From NCBI GenBank assembly GCA_963816905.1, contig CAWFMQ010000003.1, forward strand, positions 48,887 through 112,886: a DNA stretch of 64,000 nucleotides. The letters run 5' to 3'. The stretch is from an uncultured Chloroflexia bacterium. GTDB taxonomy: Bacteria > Chloroflexota > Limnocylindria > Limnocylindrales > CSP1-4. Of this stretch, positions 1 to 9,796 are shown piece after piece. Position 1 is the stretch's first letter. Every line of letters begins with the position of its first letter. Below the pieces are notes generated by a model, which saw only the letters and a list, made by a program, of their open reading frames with translations, did no database searches and was not told the origin of the DNA. A program made the translations under genes and the position numbers.

Positions 1-142
1 CGGGGGTGACGTACCCCACGATCGCGAAGGACGCTTTCTCGATCTCGTGCCACACGTCCTCGCTGGTGAGGTGCCCGGGTCGGGTGGCTGCCCGTTCGAC
101 AGCGCTGACTGTCGGATTGCCTGTCTCAAGCGCTGCGGTCAT
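1..142 (-). CDS. pyridoxamine 5'-phosphate oxidase-like protein, N-terminal 47 codons; the gene runs off the window start
   Basis: ATG at 140-142 on the minus strand. Translation MTAALETGNPTVSAVERAATRPGHLTSEDVWHEIEKASFAIVGYVTP resembles N-termini of Pyridox_ox-like / general-stress-26 type proteins. Too short to appear in the ORF track. Confidence 0.4.
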   Translation of the reverse strand, partial: MTAALETGNPTVSAVERAATRPGHLTSEDVWHEIEKASFAIVGYVTP

Positions 143-467
143 CGGTGTTCTCCTCGTGAGACTGATCAACTGCCGAAGTGCCGGGTTGAGTGCCGGCACT
201 GGACGAACGTCGCCCATTGGCGGCATGCTTCTCCCCTGTGGGGGACTGCGGTTGACGATTGGCGATGGTCTCGACCGAGATCAGCGGCAGACCGAGGTCG
301 CGGATCGCGGCCAGGAGCCCGTGCAGAGCGGCCTGGTCGGCCAGCTCGCCGTTCAGCTGCGTGGTTCCGTCCGGCTCCGCGTGCACGGTCAGCCCCGCGA
401 ACCAGCTCGACCATCCGGGTCCCAGCTGACCCCGAACCCGGATGCGATAGATGGCCTCCTGCCCCAT
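126..467 (-). CDS. small conserved hypothetical protein (MGQEAIYRIRVRGQLGPGWSSWF...LISVETI type)
   Basis: Internal ATG of ORF 126..746. The first ~70 aa match a short hypothetical family I recognise from actinobacteria. The C-terminal ~45 aa are low complexity, so the true stop may differ. Confidence 0.5.
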   Translation of the reverse strand: MGQEAIYRIRVRGQLGPGWSSWFAGLTVHAEPDGTTQLNGELADQAALHGLLAAIRDLGLPLISVETIANRQPQSPTGEKHAANGRRSSSAGTQPGTSAVDQSHEENTDDRSA

Positions 468-583
468 TTCGACCTCCGAAGGCGCCGGCCGGACCGGCGG
501 GAGTTGCCGGCCCTCACCGTGCGGCCCAGCCGCGAGCGACGTATCCACTCGGGGCGGTAGACGAGCCGTTGCTCTCACGGCGC

Positions 584-1336
584 TCACCTCGCGGCCAGCG
601 TCAGGTGGCCGGTCGAGGCGCGGAGCGCCAGGCGATGGCGTCCATTCGGGTCGTCGCGAATCCCGATGTCGGCGCCGCCGCGGCCGCCCTTCGCGTCGAC
701 GCGGTAGGCGGCCGCCGGGACCGTCAGGCCGAGCGACCCCGACCACGTGGTTGCCTCGACGTCCGCAGGTGCCGTCAGGTCGAGGGAGATTGCGCCGCTC
801 TTCGTCGAGGCGACGATTGTCCCTGAGCCGAGGCCAATCCCCCGGATGGATCCCGACAAGGTCCGCGCGGTGACGTCTCCCGTGGTGTCGGCGATCCTGA
901 CCGAGCCGGACTTCGTCTTCACGTTGACCGTACCGACGCCCGCCAGGTCGAGGCTTCCCGTCGTGACATCCGCGCTGACGCGGACGCCCGCGGGCGCCAC
1001 GACGACGTACTCGATGACGCAGAAGGTGCTGGCGGCGTCGCCGCCGAGGTGCAGGACGGTGCCGTCGATGCGGTGCGTGGGTCCGGGCCGATCGTGGGAT
1101 GGATTGAGATAGCGAGCGGTCCGGTGGACCTGGACGCCGGGTGCAGCCCCGGGCCGGACTTCGACCTCGACCGAGCTACCGGAAACGTGGATCTCACTGA
1201 TCCCCACGTCGGATGAGGCGTCGTCCTCGAACCGTGTCCCGAGTCGCTTCCAGCCGCCGAGTGCGAGCCATGTCATGCCGGCGACCAGCGCGACGAGCAC
1301 GACGATCGCCCCGATGACGAAGACGACGATGTTCAT
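584..1336 (-). CDS. DUF4097-type beta-strand repeat protein with N-terminal TM anchor
   Basis: 250-aa ORF. Hydrophobic N-terminus (VVFVIGAIVVLVALVAGMTWLAL) followed by repeated ...GS(V/I)...T.SG.(I/L) beta-strand units. Confidence 0.75.
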   Translation of the reverse strand: MNIVVFVIGAIVVLVALVAGMTWLALGGWKRLGTRFEDDASSDVGISEIHVSGSSVEVEVRPGAAPGVQVHRTARYLNPSHDRPGPTHRIDGTVLHLGGDAASTFCVIEYVVVAPAGVRVSADVTTGSLDLAGVGTVNVKTKSGSVRIADTTGDVTARTLSGSIRGIGLGSGTIVASTKSGAISLDLTAPADVEATTWSGSLGLTVPAAAYRVDAKGGRGGADIGIRDDPNGRHRLALRASTGHLTLAAR

Positions 1337-1488
1337 CGTTCACAGCCTTTCTCCGCTCGCGCCGGGCAATGCGGCCGGCGCTGATGGAGTTCACCCTGCG
1401 GCTCAACCACGGCACGGCGCATCCATCGTTGGACAGAGGCGCTGGTTGGTTTTGGGATCGGCGGTCGCGTGGGGCGACCGCGAGCGTC

Positions 1489-2055
1489 TCAGCCCAGGAG
1501 CCCGAGTTCCCTCCCGCGCGCCACGGCCTCGACGCGGTTGGCCGCCCCGAGCTTGCCCGCGATCGTGTGGAGATGGGACTTGACGGTACCCACCGTCACG
1601 TACAGCTCGGCCGCGACCTGGCTGTTGGACCGGCCGGGCGCAACGAGGCGGAGGACCTCGATCTCCCTGTTGGTGAGCGTTTCGACAGCAGCGGAGGCTG
1701 GCGGGCCCACGTTCGGACGCGGGGAAGCAGCCGTGCCCGCGGGCAGCGGCGCGATGCGATCGAGCGTTGACCGGGCGGACCGGACGACCGGCGCGTCGCC
1801 CGCCCGGTTGCCGAGCTCGAGGGCGCGATGCGCAGCGGCCTCGGGACGCTGGACCTGGCCGAGCTCGGCCCGCGCCCGGGCCAGGAGGCAGCGGCCCAGA
1901 CCGCGCCGCTGCCTCCTGACGAGGATCCGGTCTCGCCCTTGAGTCCACTTGGCGCCGTCATGGCCGTGGCGACAGCCGGTCCGGGCCCGGTCGACGGGTC
2001 TACCTGACCCGTTGTGTCGACGTTGCCGCGGCGTACCTGTTGATGGCCACGTCAC
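1489..2055 (-). CDS. LuxR-family HTH protein; looks like the C-terminal end of a larger LuxR regulator; start uncertain
   Basis: C-terminus LTNREIEVLRLVAPGRSNSQVAAELYVTVGTVKSHLHTIAGKLGAANRVEAV is a GerE/LuxR HTH. The ORF's ATG overlaps the upstream lipoprotein gene by 56 nt, so the real start is probably downstream of 2000. Confidence 0.6.
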   Translation of the reverse strand: MTWPSTGTPRQRRHNGSGRPVDRARTGCRHGHDGAKWTQGRDRILVRRQRRGLGRCLLARARAELGQVQRPEAAAHRALELGNRAGDAPVVRSARSTLDRIAPLPAGTAASPRPNVGPPASAAVETLTNREIEVLRLVAPGRSNSQVAAELYVTVGTVKSHLHTIAGKLGAANRVEAVARGRELGLLG

Positions 2056-2839
2056 TGACGACGCTGCCGTAGATCTTCCAGGGCGGCGGAGCGGAGGTCA
2101 GGGTGACCGTGTTCGAGCATGCAGGGATGGTTCCGTAGATGGTCTTGGACTGGAGGGTCTTGCCGGTGCCTGCGACGACCACCTGCACAACCTGTCCATA
2201 CCGGTACCGGATGACCTGCCCCACCTTGCCGTCGCTGACCCGCTTGTACCTGCCGCACGACCCGACCCGCACCTCCTTCGAGGGATGGACGCAGGCCACC
2301 AGCTGGATGGGGCCTGGCCACGAATCGCCAAACCACTTGGCGTTGATGTCGAACCAGGTCTGGATGGCTCCCACGTCGACCACGACGAGCGGGTGGACGC
2401 TGCCTGAGTACTTGCCTGCCGCGGCCACGGGTGTCCCATCGCAGGCCGCAGCGAGTTCGTCTGCAGAGGCGGCCGGGGTCGGGGAGGGGGTGGGGGCGTC
2501 GGTTGGCAACAGTGTCGGCTCCACGGTCGGCACCGGCTCCACGGTCGGCACCGGCTCCACCGTCGCCACGGGCCCGATGGTCGACCTCGGCTCGACGGTC
2601 GGTGTCGCGAGGGCTGTGATGATCGGTGTCGCAAGAGGTCCCGAGATGGCCGTGCCCGCGGCCGACGCCGTCGCGGTCGGCGGGATCGTGCTGCCGGCCG
2701 GCGAAGTCGCCGACGTGGGCACCGCATTGCTGGGCGAGTTGACCGATACCGCGCAGCCTGCAAGCGCGATGGCGGCGACGATGAGGAGTCCCTGGGTGAC
2801 AGCTGGAAATCGCAACCTGGCCGTTCCGCCGGTGTTCAT
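2000..2839 (-). CDS. lipoprotein of unknown function with Pro/Thr-rich linker
   Basis: Signal peptide plus lipobox (IALAGC), VEPVPT repeats, Cys-containing C-terminal domain. Confidence 0.75.
   Translation of the reverse strand: MNTGGTARLRFPAVTQGLLIVAAIALAGCAVSVNSPSNAVPTSATSPAGSTIPPTATASAAGTAISGPLATPIITALATPTVEPRSTIGPVATVEPVPTVEPVPTVEPTLLPTDAPTPSPTPAASADELAAACDGTPVAAAGKYSGSVHPLVVVDVGAIQTWFDINAKWFGDSWPGPIQLVACVHPSKEVRVGSCGRYKRVSDGKVGQVIRYRYGQVVQVVVAGTGKTLQSKTIYGTIPACSNTVTLTSAPPPWKIYGSVVSDVAINRYAAATSTQRVR
2517..2570. repeat. 3 x 18-nt in-frame tandem repeat (VEPVPT) inside the lipoprotein gene
   Basis: ggctccacggtcggcacc occurs twice, then a degenerate third copy. Confidence 0.9.
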
Positions 2840-3566
2840 GGGCGTCGTCCTCCGTTACGTGGCGGCCCACAGGAAAGCACAATTCGCGCGCCACAAACCG
2901 CGCCCCAGTGTGATTGCGCTCGACGACGCGCGATGCAGGAGATCCGTTCTCCTGCTGTCAGAGGCGTGGTCCCTCCGGAGCGCAACCGACACACCCTGAT
3001 CGTTCGGGCTCCGTGGCGATCCGGCAAGTGCCGCTCGGCCCCTCGAATGGCGCGGGCGATCAGCTCACCAGCAGCGAACCTCCCGGAGGGCCGAGCGGCC
3101 ACCCGGCTCAAACGAGGAGATGACAGCTGGTCGAGCTGCGCAATCAAGCCCCTGGTCGGCGAATTGGCAAGTCAGCCGTCTCTTGGGCGACAGCGCGGCC
3201 ATCGCGCGCGTCCCAAGATCCCTGTCTCGGTGGCATAGGTCGCCATCCCGTCACCAAGGCGCTCAAGCCGCACCCGAGGAGCCGGTCCGTCGGCGAGCGT
3301 CTACGGCGGCACCGGAGCCGAGCGAATACCCGCCCGATCCAGCATGAAATCAACGGGCCGTCGACGACCGCGCCGATCACGGGCGGCACCGGCGAGCTGC
3401 TCGGCGTGACGGGCCACCGTCATCGCCAGGAAGACCGCTGACGGCGGTGACTTCATGGTCAGCATCCCTGAGGAGCGACGCGATCGTCGAAGGGGGGCCA
3501 TGTCCATCAATGTCCCGGTCCAGACGAGTTCGGCCGGGTGGCCGTCGTGAAGTTGGGAGATACGCC

Positions 3567-4091
3567 ATGAAACTCGAACGAACCAGCCCAGGCGCGAGAT
3601 TCGCGGGCAGCCGCACCCGTGCGCTTGCCGTGGTCGCAACCGTCGCGCTCCTGATCCTCTCACTGGGTGCGGGGATGGTCTCGGCCGATGGCGGCCGAGA
3701 TCACCGCAACGCCGAGAACACGTTCACCAAGTGGGTGACCGGCCCCGGCACGCCCCCCGTTCTCGCCAACATGGCAGGCGTCGTCGGGGGCGATGTCGGC
3801 CATGGCGCATTCGCCGGTGAAGCCATGAGCATGGTGCTCACCCCCACCGGCGGCGTGATCGACGCCGTTTACCACTTCAACGGCTCGCGACACTCCTTCA
3901 CTGCGTCTGTCCACGTCGTGCAGACAGGCCTTGCGGCCGTGATCACCGGACATGTCACCGGAGGCTGGCTGAAGGGCAACCGGGTGAAGGGGGAATACAC
4001 GCAGACCACGTGTCCTCAATCCCCAGCTGCCGGCAACACGTGTTTCAAGGGCACACTGGACATCCTGCGGGGATCCAAGCACGAGCGTTAG
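3567..4091 (+). CDS. secreted hypothetical protein
   Basis: ATG at 3567 preceded by GGGAGA at 3555-3560. Signal-like N-terminus (ALAVVATVALLILSLGAGMVSA). Confidence 0.65.
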   Translation: MKLERTSPGARFAGSRTRALAVVATVALLILSLGAGMVSADGGRDHRNAENTFTKWVTGPGTPPVLANMAGVVGGDVGHGAFAGEAMSMVLTPTGGVIDAVYHFNGSRHSFTASVHVVQTGLAAVITGHVTGGWLKGNRVKGEYTQTTCPQSPAAGNTCFKGTLDILRGSKHER

Positions 4092-4312
4092 CCCCGGGCA
4101 GCCAGTAAGACCGGGCAGAGCGTCGCACGCTCGACGCGCCCTCGGAGCCGGGTCATCCGTTCGCGGATGCCCGGCTCTCGCGCGCTGATCTGCTCACGGC
4201 GCGGACGAGGCCACATCGCGAGCGCCTGTCAGCGAGGCCCGCTTCGTGCGAGGGCGCCAAAATCGGGCGCGGCTCCGGTAACCCCACCGCGACGTCGGGA
4301 CCGGTGCGGCAC

Positions 4313-4711
4313 CTACAGTCCGTCGCGCTTGAGTCTGCGCCAGCCGCCCGCCCGGTTGTTGGCGATGATCTGCCGGAACATGGCAAGCAGCGCGCGCTCG
4401 TTGATCTTCTCGTCCATGCGCAGGGTCACCGTCCGTGCGGTCTTGTTGTCGTGCCCAGCCGTGATGATGCCCTCCGGATCGGGCACGATTGCACCGTCGT
4501 AGAGAAAGACGTTGACATGGTCTTTCGCCGCGAGCAACGCGCAGATGTTGCCCTCCAGGACGAAGTAGGGCTGGATCCGTCGCTTGATCGTTTCTTCGAC
4601 GTCGGGGTCGGCCGCATGGACGAGATCTCGGACCCGGCGGCAGATGTCCCGCTGCCAGTCGGGCAGACCCTCGATGTAGGCGTCGACCCCTGGATTCCTG
4701 GCGTACGACAT
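4313..4711 (-). CDS. DUF1801 (YdhG-like) domain protein
   Basis: 132 aa; VDAYIEGLPDWQRDICRRVRDLVHAADPDVEETIKRRIQPYFV... is typical of DUF1801. Confidence 0.75.
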   Translation of the reverse strand: MSYARNPGVDAYIEGLPDWQRDICRRVRDLVHAADPDVEETIKRRIQPYFVLEGNICALLAAKDHVNVFLYDGAIVPDPEGIITAGHDNKTARTVTLRMDEKINERALLAMFRQIIANNRAGGWRRLKRDGL

Positions 4712-4831
4712 GGACGTTCGCTCCTGGACGGCTCGGTCTCGGACATTGTGGCCGCCCGGCGGTCGTCGGGGTGGACGCAGGGCCGTTCACGCAGTGCCGC
4801 CTCCGCTCGGCGCAGTCGTTAGGATGCGGCG

Positions 4832-5782
4832 GTGACCAGGGAGGACGGCAGGCGGTTCTGGGAGGAGATCCGAACCGAGGTCGGGCGTGCCGTCGTCGGC
4901 CAGGCGGACGCATTGCGCCAGATCGTCACCGGGCTCCTTGCCCACGGCCATCTCCTCGTCGAGGACGTCCCCGGCGTCGGCAAGACGCTCCTCGCCCGGT
5001 CGATCGCCCGCGTTCTCGACCTGGACTTCGCACGGATCCAGGGCACGCCGGACCTGCTGCCTTCGGACATCACGGGCAGCAGCATCCTCGAGGCCGGCAC
5101 ATTCAGGTTCGTCGCCGGGCCCGTGTTCACCAATGTCCTGCTCGTCGACGAGATCAACCGTGCCACGCCCCGTGCGCAGTCGGCGCTCCTGGAGGCCATG
5201 CAGGAGCGGCAGGTGTCGATCGACGGCGTGACCCGACCGCTGCCGTCGCCGTTCCTGGTCCTCGCGACACAGAACCCGGTCGAGCTGGAAGGGACGTTCG
5301 TGCTCCCGGAGGCGCAGCTCGATCGCTTCCTGATGCGCATCCGCCTCGGCTATCCCGCCGAGGACGAAGAGCGCGCGATCGCCGGCCGCTACGACGCCGC
5401 CGCGGAGCCACTCGATGCAATCCGGCCGGTCATCGATCGAGCGCGGATTGCCTCGGTCATCGACGAAGTGCGGACCGTTCGCGTGAGCGACGACGTGGAG
5501 GCCTACATCGTCGGCCTCATCCGCGCCACGCGAGGTAACCCGGCGATCACCCTGGGTGCGAGCCCGCGCGCGACCGTCGCACTTCACCGTGCTGCCCAGG
5601 CGGCGGCCTGGTTGGCGGGCCGAGCCTTCGTCCTGCCCGACGACGTGCGCGAGAACTACCTCGCCGTCGTCGCACATCGGCTCATCCTCGACGTCGACCG
5701 GGTCCTGCGCGGCGAACGCGCCGAGCAGGTTCTGGAGGCGGTGCTCAGCCAGTTCCCGGCACCCCCGGTCGCGACCCGATGA
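4832..5782 (+). CDS. MoxR-family AAA+ ATPase
   Basis: Walker A GVPGVGKT, Walker B LLVDEINRA, QNPVELEGTF.LPEAQLDRF motif; 316 aa. Confidence 0.95.
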   Translation: MTREDGRRFWEEIRTEVGRAVVGQADALRQIVTGLLAHGHLLVEDVPGVGKTLLARSIARVLDLDFARIQGTPDLLPSDITGSSILEAGTFRFVAGPVFTNVLLVDEINRATPRAQSALLEAMQERQVSIDGVTRPLPSPFLVLATQNPVELEGTFVLPEAQLDRFLMRIRLGYPAEDEERAIAGRYDAAAEPLDAIRPVIDRARIASVIDEVRTVRVSDDVEAYIVGLIRATRGNPAITLGASPRATVALHRAAQAAAWLAGRAFVLPDDVRENYLAVVAHRLILDVDRVLRGERAEQVLEAVLSQFPAPPVATR

Positions 5783-5888
5783 CGGCCGTGCGGCAGGCGC
5801 CGCCGACGGCAGCCGCGCAGGCGATGCGCGATGTCGTGCGGCGGGCGCCGACCGGCGTCCTCGCGTCGACGCGGGTCCGGCCGCGCTG

Positions 5889-7166
5889 ATGGCTCGCCTG
5901 TCCGAGGCCGAGAGCCGCGCGATCCGTGAACGTCTCGGGTCGATCCGGGCACTCGCGGTGGCGGTGGTCGTCGCCGGTGTCGTCCTGGGCGTGCCCGCAC
6001 TCGTGCCCGTGGGGTTGCTCATCGGGGCACTCGCGCTCGTGCGGGACGCGTGGACGCGGCGCGGACTGCGCGGGATCGAGTACCAGCGTGAGCTGGCGAC
6101 CGGGCATGCCGTCTGGGGGGACACGGTGCGAATGACGGTCACCGTCCGGAACCGCTCGTGGCTCCCGGTCCCGTGGCTCACGGCCGACGATCCGCTCAGC
6201 GAGCCGATCACGATCGAGGGCGGGACGGTCCTGGCCGAAGAGGCGACCGAGCAGCGCTGGCTGCGCAACGCCTGGACGCTGTGGCCGTTCGAACGCGTCG
6301 AGCGCGAGTTCCGGCTCCGCGCCGACCGCCGATGCCGCGTCGCCTTCGGCCCGGTGCACCTCGAGAGTGCCGACCTGTTCGCCGGCACGGCGGCGGCGGG
6401 GGACCTGCCCGCGCCAGCGGAGTTGAGCGTGGCACCCCGGTCCCTGCCCGTGGTCATGATCGGCGCGCGCACTCGCTGGAGCGCGCAGCAGCACGCCATC
6501 CCGGGGCTCCCGGAGGACCCCGTCCACGTCGCCGGCGTGCGTCCGTACCTGCCCGGAGACAGTCCCCGACGAATCCACTGGAAGGCGACGGCGCGCACGG
6601 GAACGCCGCTGAGCAAGCGGTTCGACGCTTCTCGGGAGCGCGAGATGCTCCTGGCGGTCGACGTCCAGACGCTACCGGGCCGCCCGCCGGGTGTCGCGTA
6701 CGATCCGGACCTGCTGGAGGCGATCTGCGTGACGGCAGCGTCGATCGTGCGCGACGCGATCGCGTCGGGGTCACGGTGCGGGCTGGCCGCGGCCGCGTAC
6801 ACCTACCGGCCACGTACCGATGTCCGCATTCTCCCGGGGACCGGGTCGCGGCAGCTCCTCACGCTGATGGACGCGCTCGCGCGGCTCGGACCCTACGCCT
6901 CGGCGCCGTTCGAATCGCTCCTCGCAGGGCTGCCGCGCTGGTTGCCGCTGCAGACGCGACTCATCGTCATCACCGGGCGGGAGCCCGAGTTGGCGCTGGC
7001 GGTCCTGCGACGTCTCCGGTCGCTCGGGTACGGCATGGAGATCATCGCCGTGGGAGCCGTCGCGCCCTCCGCGGTCGAGCGCGCCCGCTCGGCCGGCTTC
7101 CGCGCGCTGACCGCGGAGCTTGCCCCCGATTGGCGTAGTGCAGATGCGCTCGCGCTGGTTGGCTGA
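5889..7166 (+). CDS. DUF58 domain protein (MoxR partner)
   Basis: Internal ATG at 5889 of ORF 5556..7166. TM hairpin followed by VRPYLPGDSPRRIHWKATARTG (DUF58 signature). Confidence 0.9.
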   Translation: MARLSEAESRAIRERLGSIRALAVAVVVAGVVLGVPALVPVGLLIGALALVRDAWTRRGLRGIEYQRELATGHAVWGDTVRMTVTVRNRSWLPVPWLTADDPLSEPITIEGGTVLAEEATEQRWLRNAWTLWPFERVEREFRLRADRRCRVAFGPVHLESADLFAGTAAAGDLPAPAELSVAPRSLPVVMIGARTRWSAQQHAIPGLPEDPVHVAGVRPYLPGDSPRRIHWKATARTGTPLSKRFDASREREMLLAVDVQTLPGRPPGVAYDPDLLEAICVTAASIVRDAIASGSRCGLAAAAYTYRPRTDVRILPGTGSRQLLTLMDALARLGPYASAPFESLLAGLPRWLPLQTRLIVITGREPELALAVLRRLRSLGYGMEIIAVGAVAPSAVERARSAGFRALTAELAPDWRSADALALVG

Positions 7167-8529
7167 GACCGCTCCGGCGGTCCTGTGCGGGATCGCGGAG
7201 GCGGCTTGGATCACGGTATTCGGTGCGGCCTTCAGTGCTCCGTTCGGCGGGCCCGGGCCGGGCGGGACATTCCTGCCGGTGTTGCTCGCGGTCCTCGTCG
7301 GGATCGTGGCCGCGCGGTTGGTGCCGCATCGCCGGTGGCGGCCGGCCGTGCTGCTCTCGCTTGCCGTGCTGGCCGTGGGCGCCGCGCTCACCATGGGCCC
7401 CCCACTTGGACTGGTTGCCGCCGACGGGCAGCGACCATTCGCCGCATACCCGCTGCTCGCGCTTGCCCTGCTGCGAGGCGTGGTCGAGGGCGATCCGGAG
7501 GCGGGGGAGGAAGCGATCGTCGGGCTCGTGCGCCTCTCGCCCCTGCTGCTCGGCGCGGGATGGCTGCTCGGGCTGGTGATTGCCGAGGACAGTCGCGACG
7601 CCTTCGTGGCCGAGGCGACGTTCGCGACGTTCACGTTCATCATCGCCGGCGCACTCGCGCTCGGATTGTCACGACTCGTGGCACTGGAGGCGGAAGTCCG
7701 CCACCGCCCGCGCGGGGACGGGGCGCGCCTTCTGCTGATCGCGCTGGTCGTCGGCTGCACCTTTGCTGTCGTGCTGCCCGCCGCCGTACTGCTCGGCAGG
7801 CCGGTCGGGGCGATTGTCGGCGGTGTCATCGCGACGCTGTTCACGACGCTCGGCGCGGTGGCCGGCAGCATCGTCGGGCTGGTCCTCTTCATCGCCGGCA
7901 CCCTCGTGGGCCTGATCGTCGGCCTCCTGGGGATCAAGCGCCCAACGCCCAACCCGCCGAGCTCGGGCGAGCCGCAGGTGCCGTCGCTCCCGTCGGGCAC
8001 GACGCCCCCCAGCGACATCCTGAATGTTGCCGTCGCAGTCCTTGTCGTGCTGGCGTTCATTGCGGTCGCCGGATACCTCGTGCTCCGCTGGCAGGGCCGC
8101 CGGCGTGGTCCGCGGCCGGATACCGGGATCTCCGAGCGGCGGTCGATTGTCCTCGAGCCGCATCTCCGACTGCCGTTGCTGCGCATGGCAACCCAGCGAT
8201 GGCGCGGTTGGTCCCCACCTCGGTCGGCTCTCGACGCATATCCGCGGCTTCTCGCCGACTGGGCCTCTCTCCCCGCCGTGGCTCGTGACCCGGCGGAGAC
8301 TCCGTCCGGCCACGCTGCGCGTCTCCGGTCGTCCGGGCACGGCGACTTCGGGCTGGACCTGCTCGCCGCCGACTACCAGCTGGTCCGCTTCGGCGGCGTC
8401 GCGCTCACACCTCGCGAGGAGCGGCGCGCGATCGACCGATGGCGCCGCCTGCACGCCCGGCGGCCAGTTCCCGACGCCAGGGCGGGCGAACCGGTGGACG
8501 AAATGGAGGCCTTCCGGGACCCGGGGTAG
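7144..8529 (+). CDS. polytopic membrane protein with C-terminal DUF4129-like domain
   Basis: ATG at 7144 overlaps the DUF58 stop. Multiple TM segments. C-terminus ETPSGHAARL...LLAADYQLVRFGGVALTPREERRAIDRWRRL resembles DUF4129. Confidence 0.8.
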   Translation: MRSRWLAETAPAVLCGIAEAAWITVFGAAFSAPFGGPGPGGTFLPVLLAVLVGIVAARLVPHRRWRPAVLLSLAVLAVGAALTMGPPLGLVAADGQRPFAAYPLLALALLRGVVEGDPEAGEEAIVGLVRLSPLLLGAGWLLGLVIAEDSRDAFVAEATFATFTFIIAGALALGLSRLVALEAEVRHRPRGDGARLLLIALVVGCTFAVVLPAAVLLGRPVGAIVGGVIATLFTTLGAVAGSIVGLVLFIAGTLVGLIVGLLGIKRPTPNPPSSGEPQVPSLPSGTTPPSDILNVAVAVLVVLAFIAVAGYLVLRWQGRRRGPRPDTGISERRSIVLEPHLRLPLLRMATQRWRGWSPPRSALDAYPRLLADWASLPAVARDPAETPSGHAARLRSSGHGDFGLDLLAADYQLVRFGGVALTPREERRAIDRWRRLHARRPVPDARAGEPVDEMEAFRDPG

Positions 8530-8575
8530 TCTGGGGCACGAGAAAATCCGGGAGGCTCCGGGAGGACGTGTTCGA

Positions 8576-8959
8576 GTGGGTCCATGGCCCAGCGGTATCG
8601 CTGCCATCACGCTGTTCGTGGAGGACCTGGAAGAAGCGAAGCGCTTCTACAGGGAGGTCTTCCGCGTCCCGGTGACGTTCGAGGACGACGACTCGGCCGT
8701 GTTCGACTTCGGGAACACGCTCGTCAACCTGCTCGTGGCGACCGCGGCGCCAGAACTCATCGAGCCCGCGAAGGTGGCCGGTCGCGAGGCGGGATCGCGC
8801 CTGCAGTTCACGGTCCGGGTGGATGACGTGGACGAAACGTGTGCGGAGCTTGCCAGGCACGGAGTGAAGCTCCTGAACGGCCCGGTGGATCGGCCGTGGG
8901 GAGTGCGAACGGCCAGCTTCACCGATCCCGGCGGCCACATCTGGGAGATTGCGCACTGA
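8576..8959 (+). CDS. VOC / glyoxalase-family protein
   Basis: GTG at 8576 downstream of a GGGAGG...GGGAGGA tract. ITLFVEDLEEAKRFYREVF...FTDPGGHIWEI. Confidence 0.8.
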   Translation: MGPWPSGIAAITLFVEDLEEAKRFYREVFRVPVTFEDDDSAVFDFGNTLVNLLVATAAPELIEPAKVAGREAGSRLQFTVRVDDVDETCAELARHGVKLLNGPVDRPWGVRTASFTDPGGHIWEIAH

Positions 8960-9001
8960 GCTACGCGGCGCCTGCGGTGGGTAGTCCGGCAGGTGGCGCG
9001 G

Positions 9002-9796
9002 CTAGCTCCCGGACGTCACACTGTCGAACTCGTCGACCGTCGTCTGCTGCGCAATGCCGAGCGCGCTGGTCCCGGCGAGGTTTGAAACCTGGCTGGAGAC
9101 CTTCCAGCCGGTTCCGTAGCGCAGCAGGGTAAAGCCGACGTCGTAGAACTTCCCGTCGAGTGAGAAGAGCGCAAGGCGCTCGGTCTGCTCATCCGCGCCG
9201 TAGCTGGCGGCCGTCGCGGCCGCGTTCGCCAGGTACCGTTCGTCCTGCTCGTATTTCGCGATCGGGAACCTGATGTCCGTGACCGAGAGGCCGGCGAGGC
9301 GTGACGGATCCACCTGCTTGATGAAGGTGTCTGCTCGCGCCTTGTCCGCGGGCACGATCGTGCTTCCGTCGATCTTTTCGCTCGAGAGCAGGCTGTAGAC
9401 GAGCATGCGCACCTGGCCGAGAAGCCGTCCGGACTGCAGCGTCCTGTTCATGTCGGCGTAGAACGGGTAGTCGGCCGGCGCCAGGGAGGAGGACAGTGCA
9501 AGCGCCTGGAGCCGATCGGTATAGAGGTCGAAGCGGAAACCGGCGCTCATCTCGTCGACGGCGCACGCCTGCAGGATCGCGCTGACGTCGCTGCGGGAGA
9601 CTCCCGACATGTACTGGCGGATGGCGTCCTCGGGCGTCGGGAAGCCGGCGACCCGGGGCTGGGCGGTCGCCAGGAGTGACGAGGCGGCCTGGCTCGGTGA
9701 CTGCGGCGTCGGAGTCGCGGCCGGCGCCTGGCCGGAACAACTTGCTGCCAGCACCACCAGCAGCACGATCTGGAACAACGGTCGGCCTGTTCGCAT
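9002..9796 (-). CDS. lipoprotein of unknown function
   Basis: ATG at 9796 with AAGGAG upstream; lipobox VLAASC. Confidence 0.75.
   Translation of the reverse strand: MRTGRPLFQIVLLVVLAASCSGQAPAATPTPQSPSQAASSLLATAQPRVAGFPTPEDAIRQYMSGVSRSDVSAILQACAVDEMSAGFRFDLYTDRLQALALSSSLAPADYPFYADMNRTLQSGRLLGQVRMLVYSLLSSEKIDGSTIVPADKARADTFIKQVDPSRLAGLSVTDIRFPIAKYEQDERYLANAAATAASYGADEQTERLALFSLDGKFYDVGFTLLRYGTGWKVSSQVSNLAGTSALGIAQQTTVDEFDSVTSGS

Noticed and set aside
5779-5889. 36-codon ORF bridging moxR and the DUF58 gene.
   Set aside because: It has shadow-like Arg/Ala-rich composition and no recognisable similarity. It is mentioned in a finding but not annotated as a gene.
4787-6802. Very long ORFs in the track: 4787..6802 -, 6771..8186 -, 17256..18866 -, 18974..20782 -, 25712..28147 +, 55756..58128 +, 41844..43799 +, and the N-terminal 540 aa of 13096..15657 -.
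   Set aside because: These are Arg/Pro/Gly/Ala-rich translations antisense or out of frame to clearly homologous genes. They are typical shadow ORFs of very GC-rich DNA.
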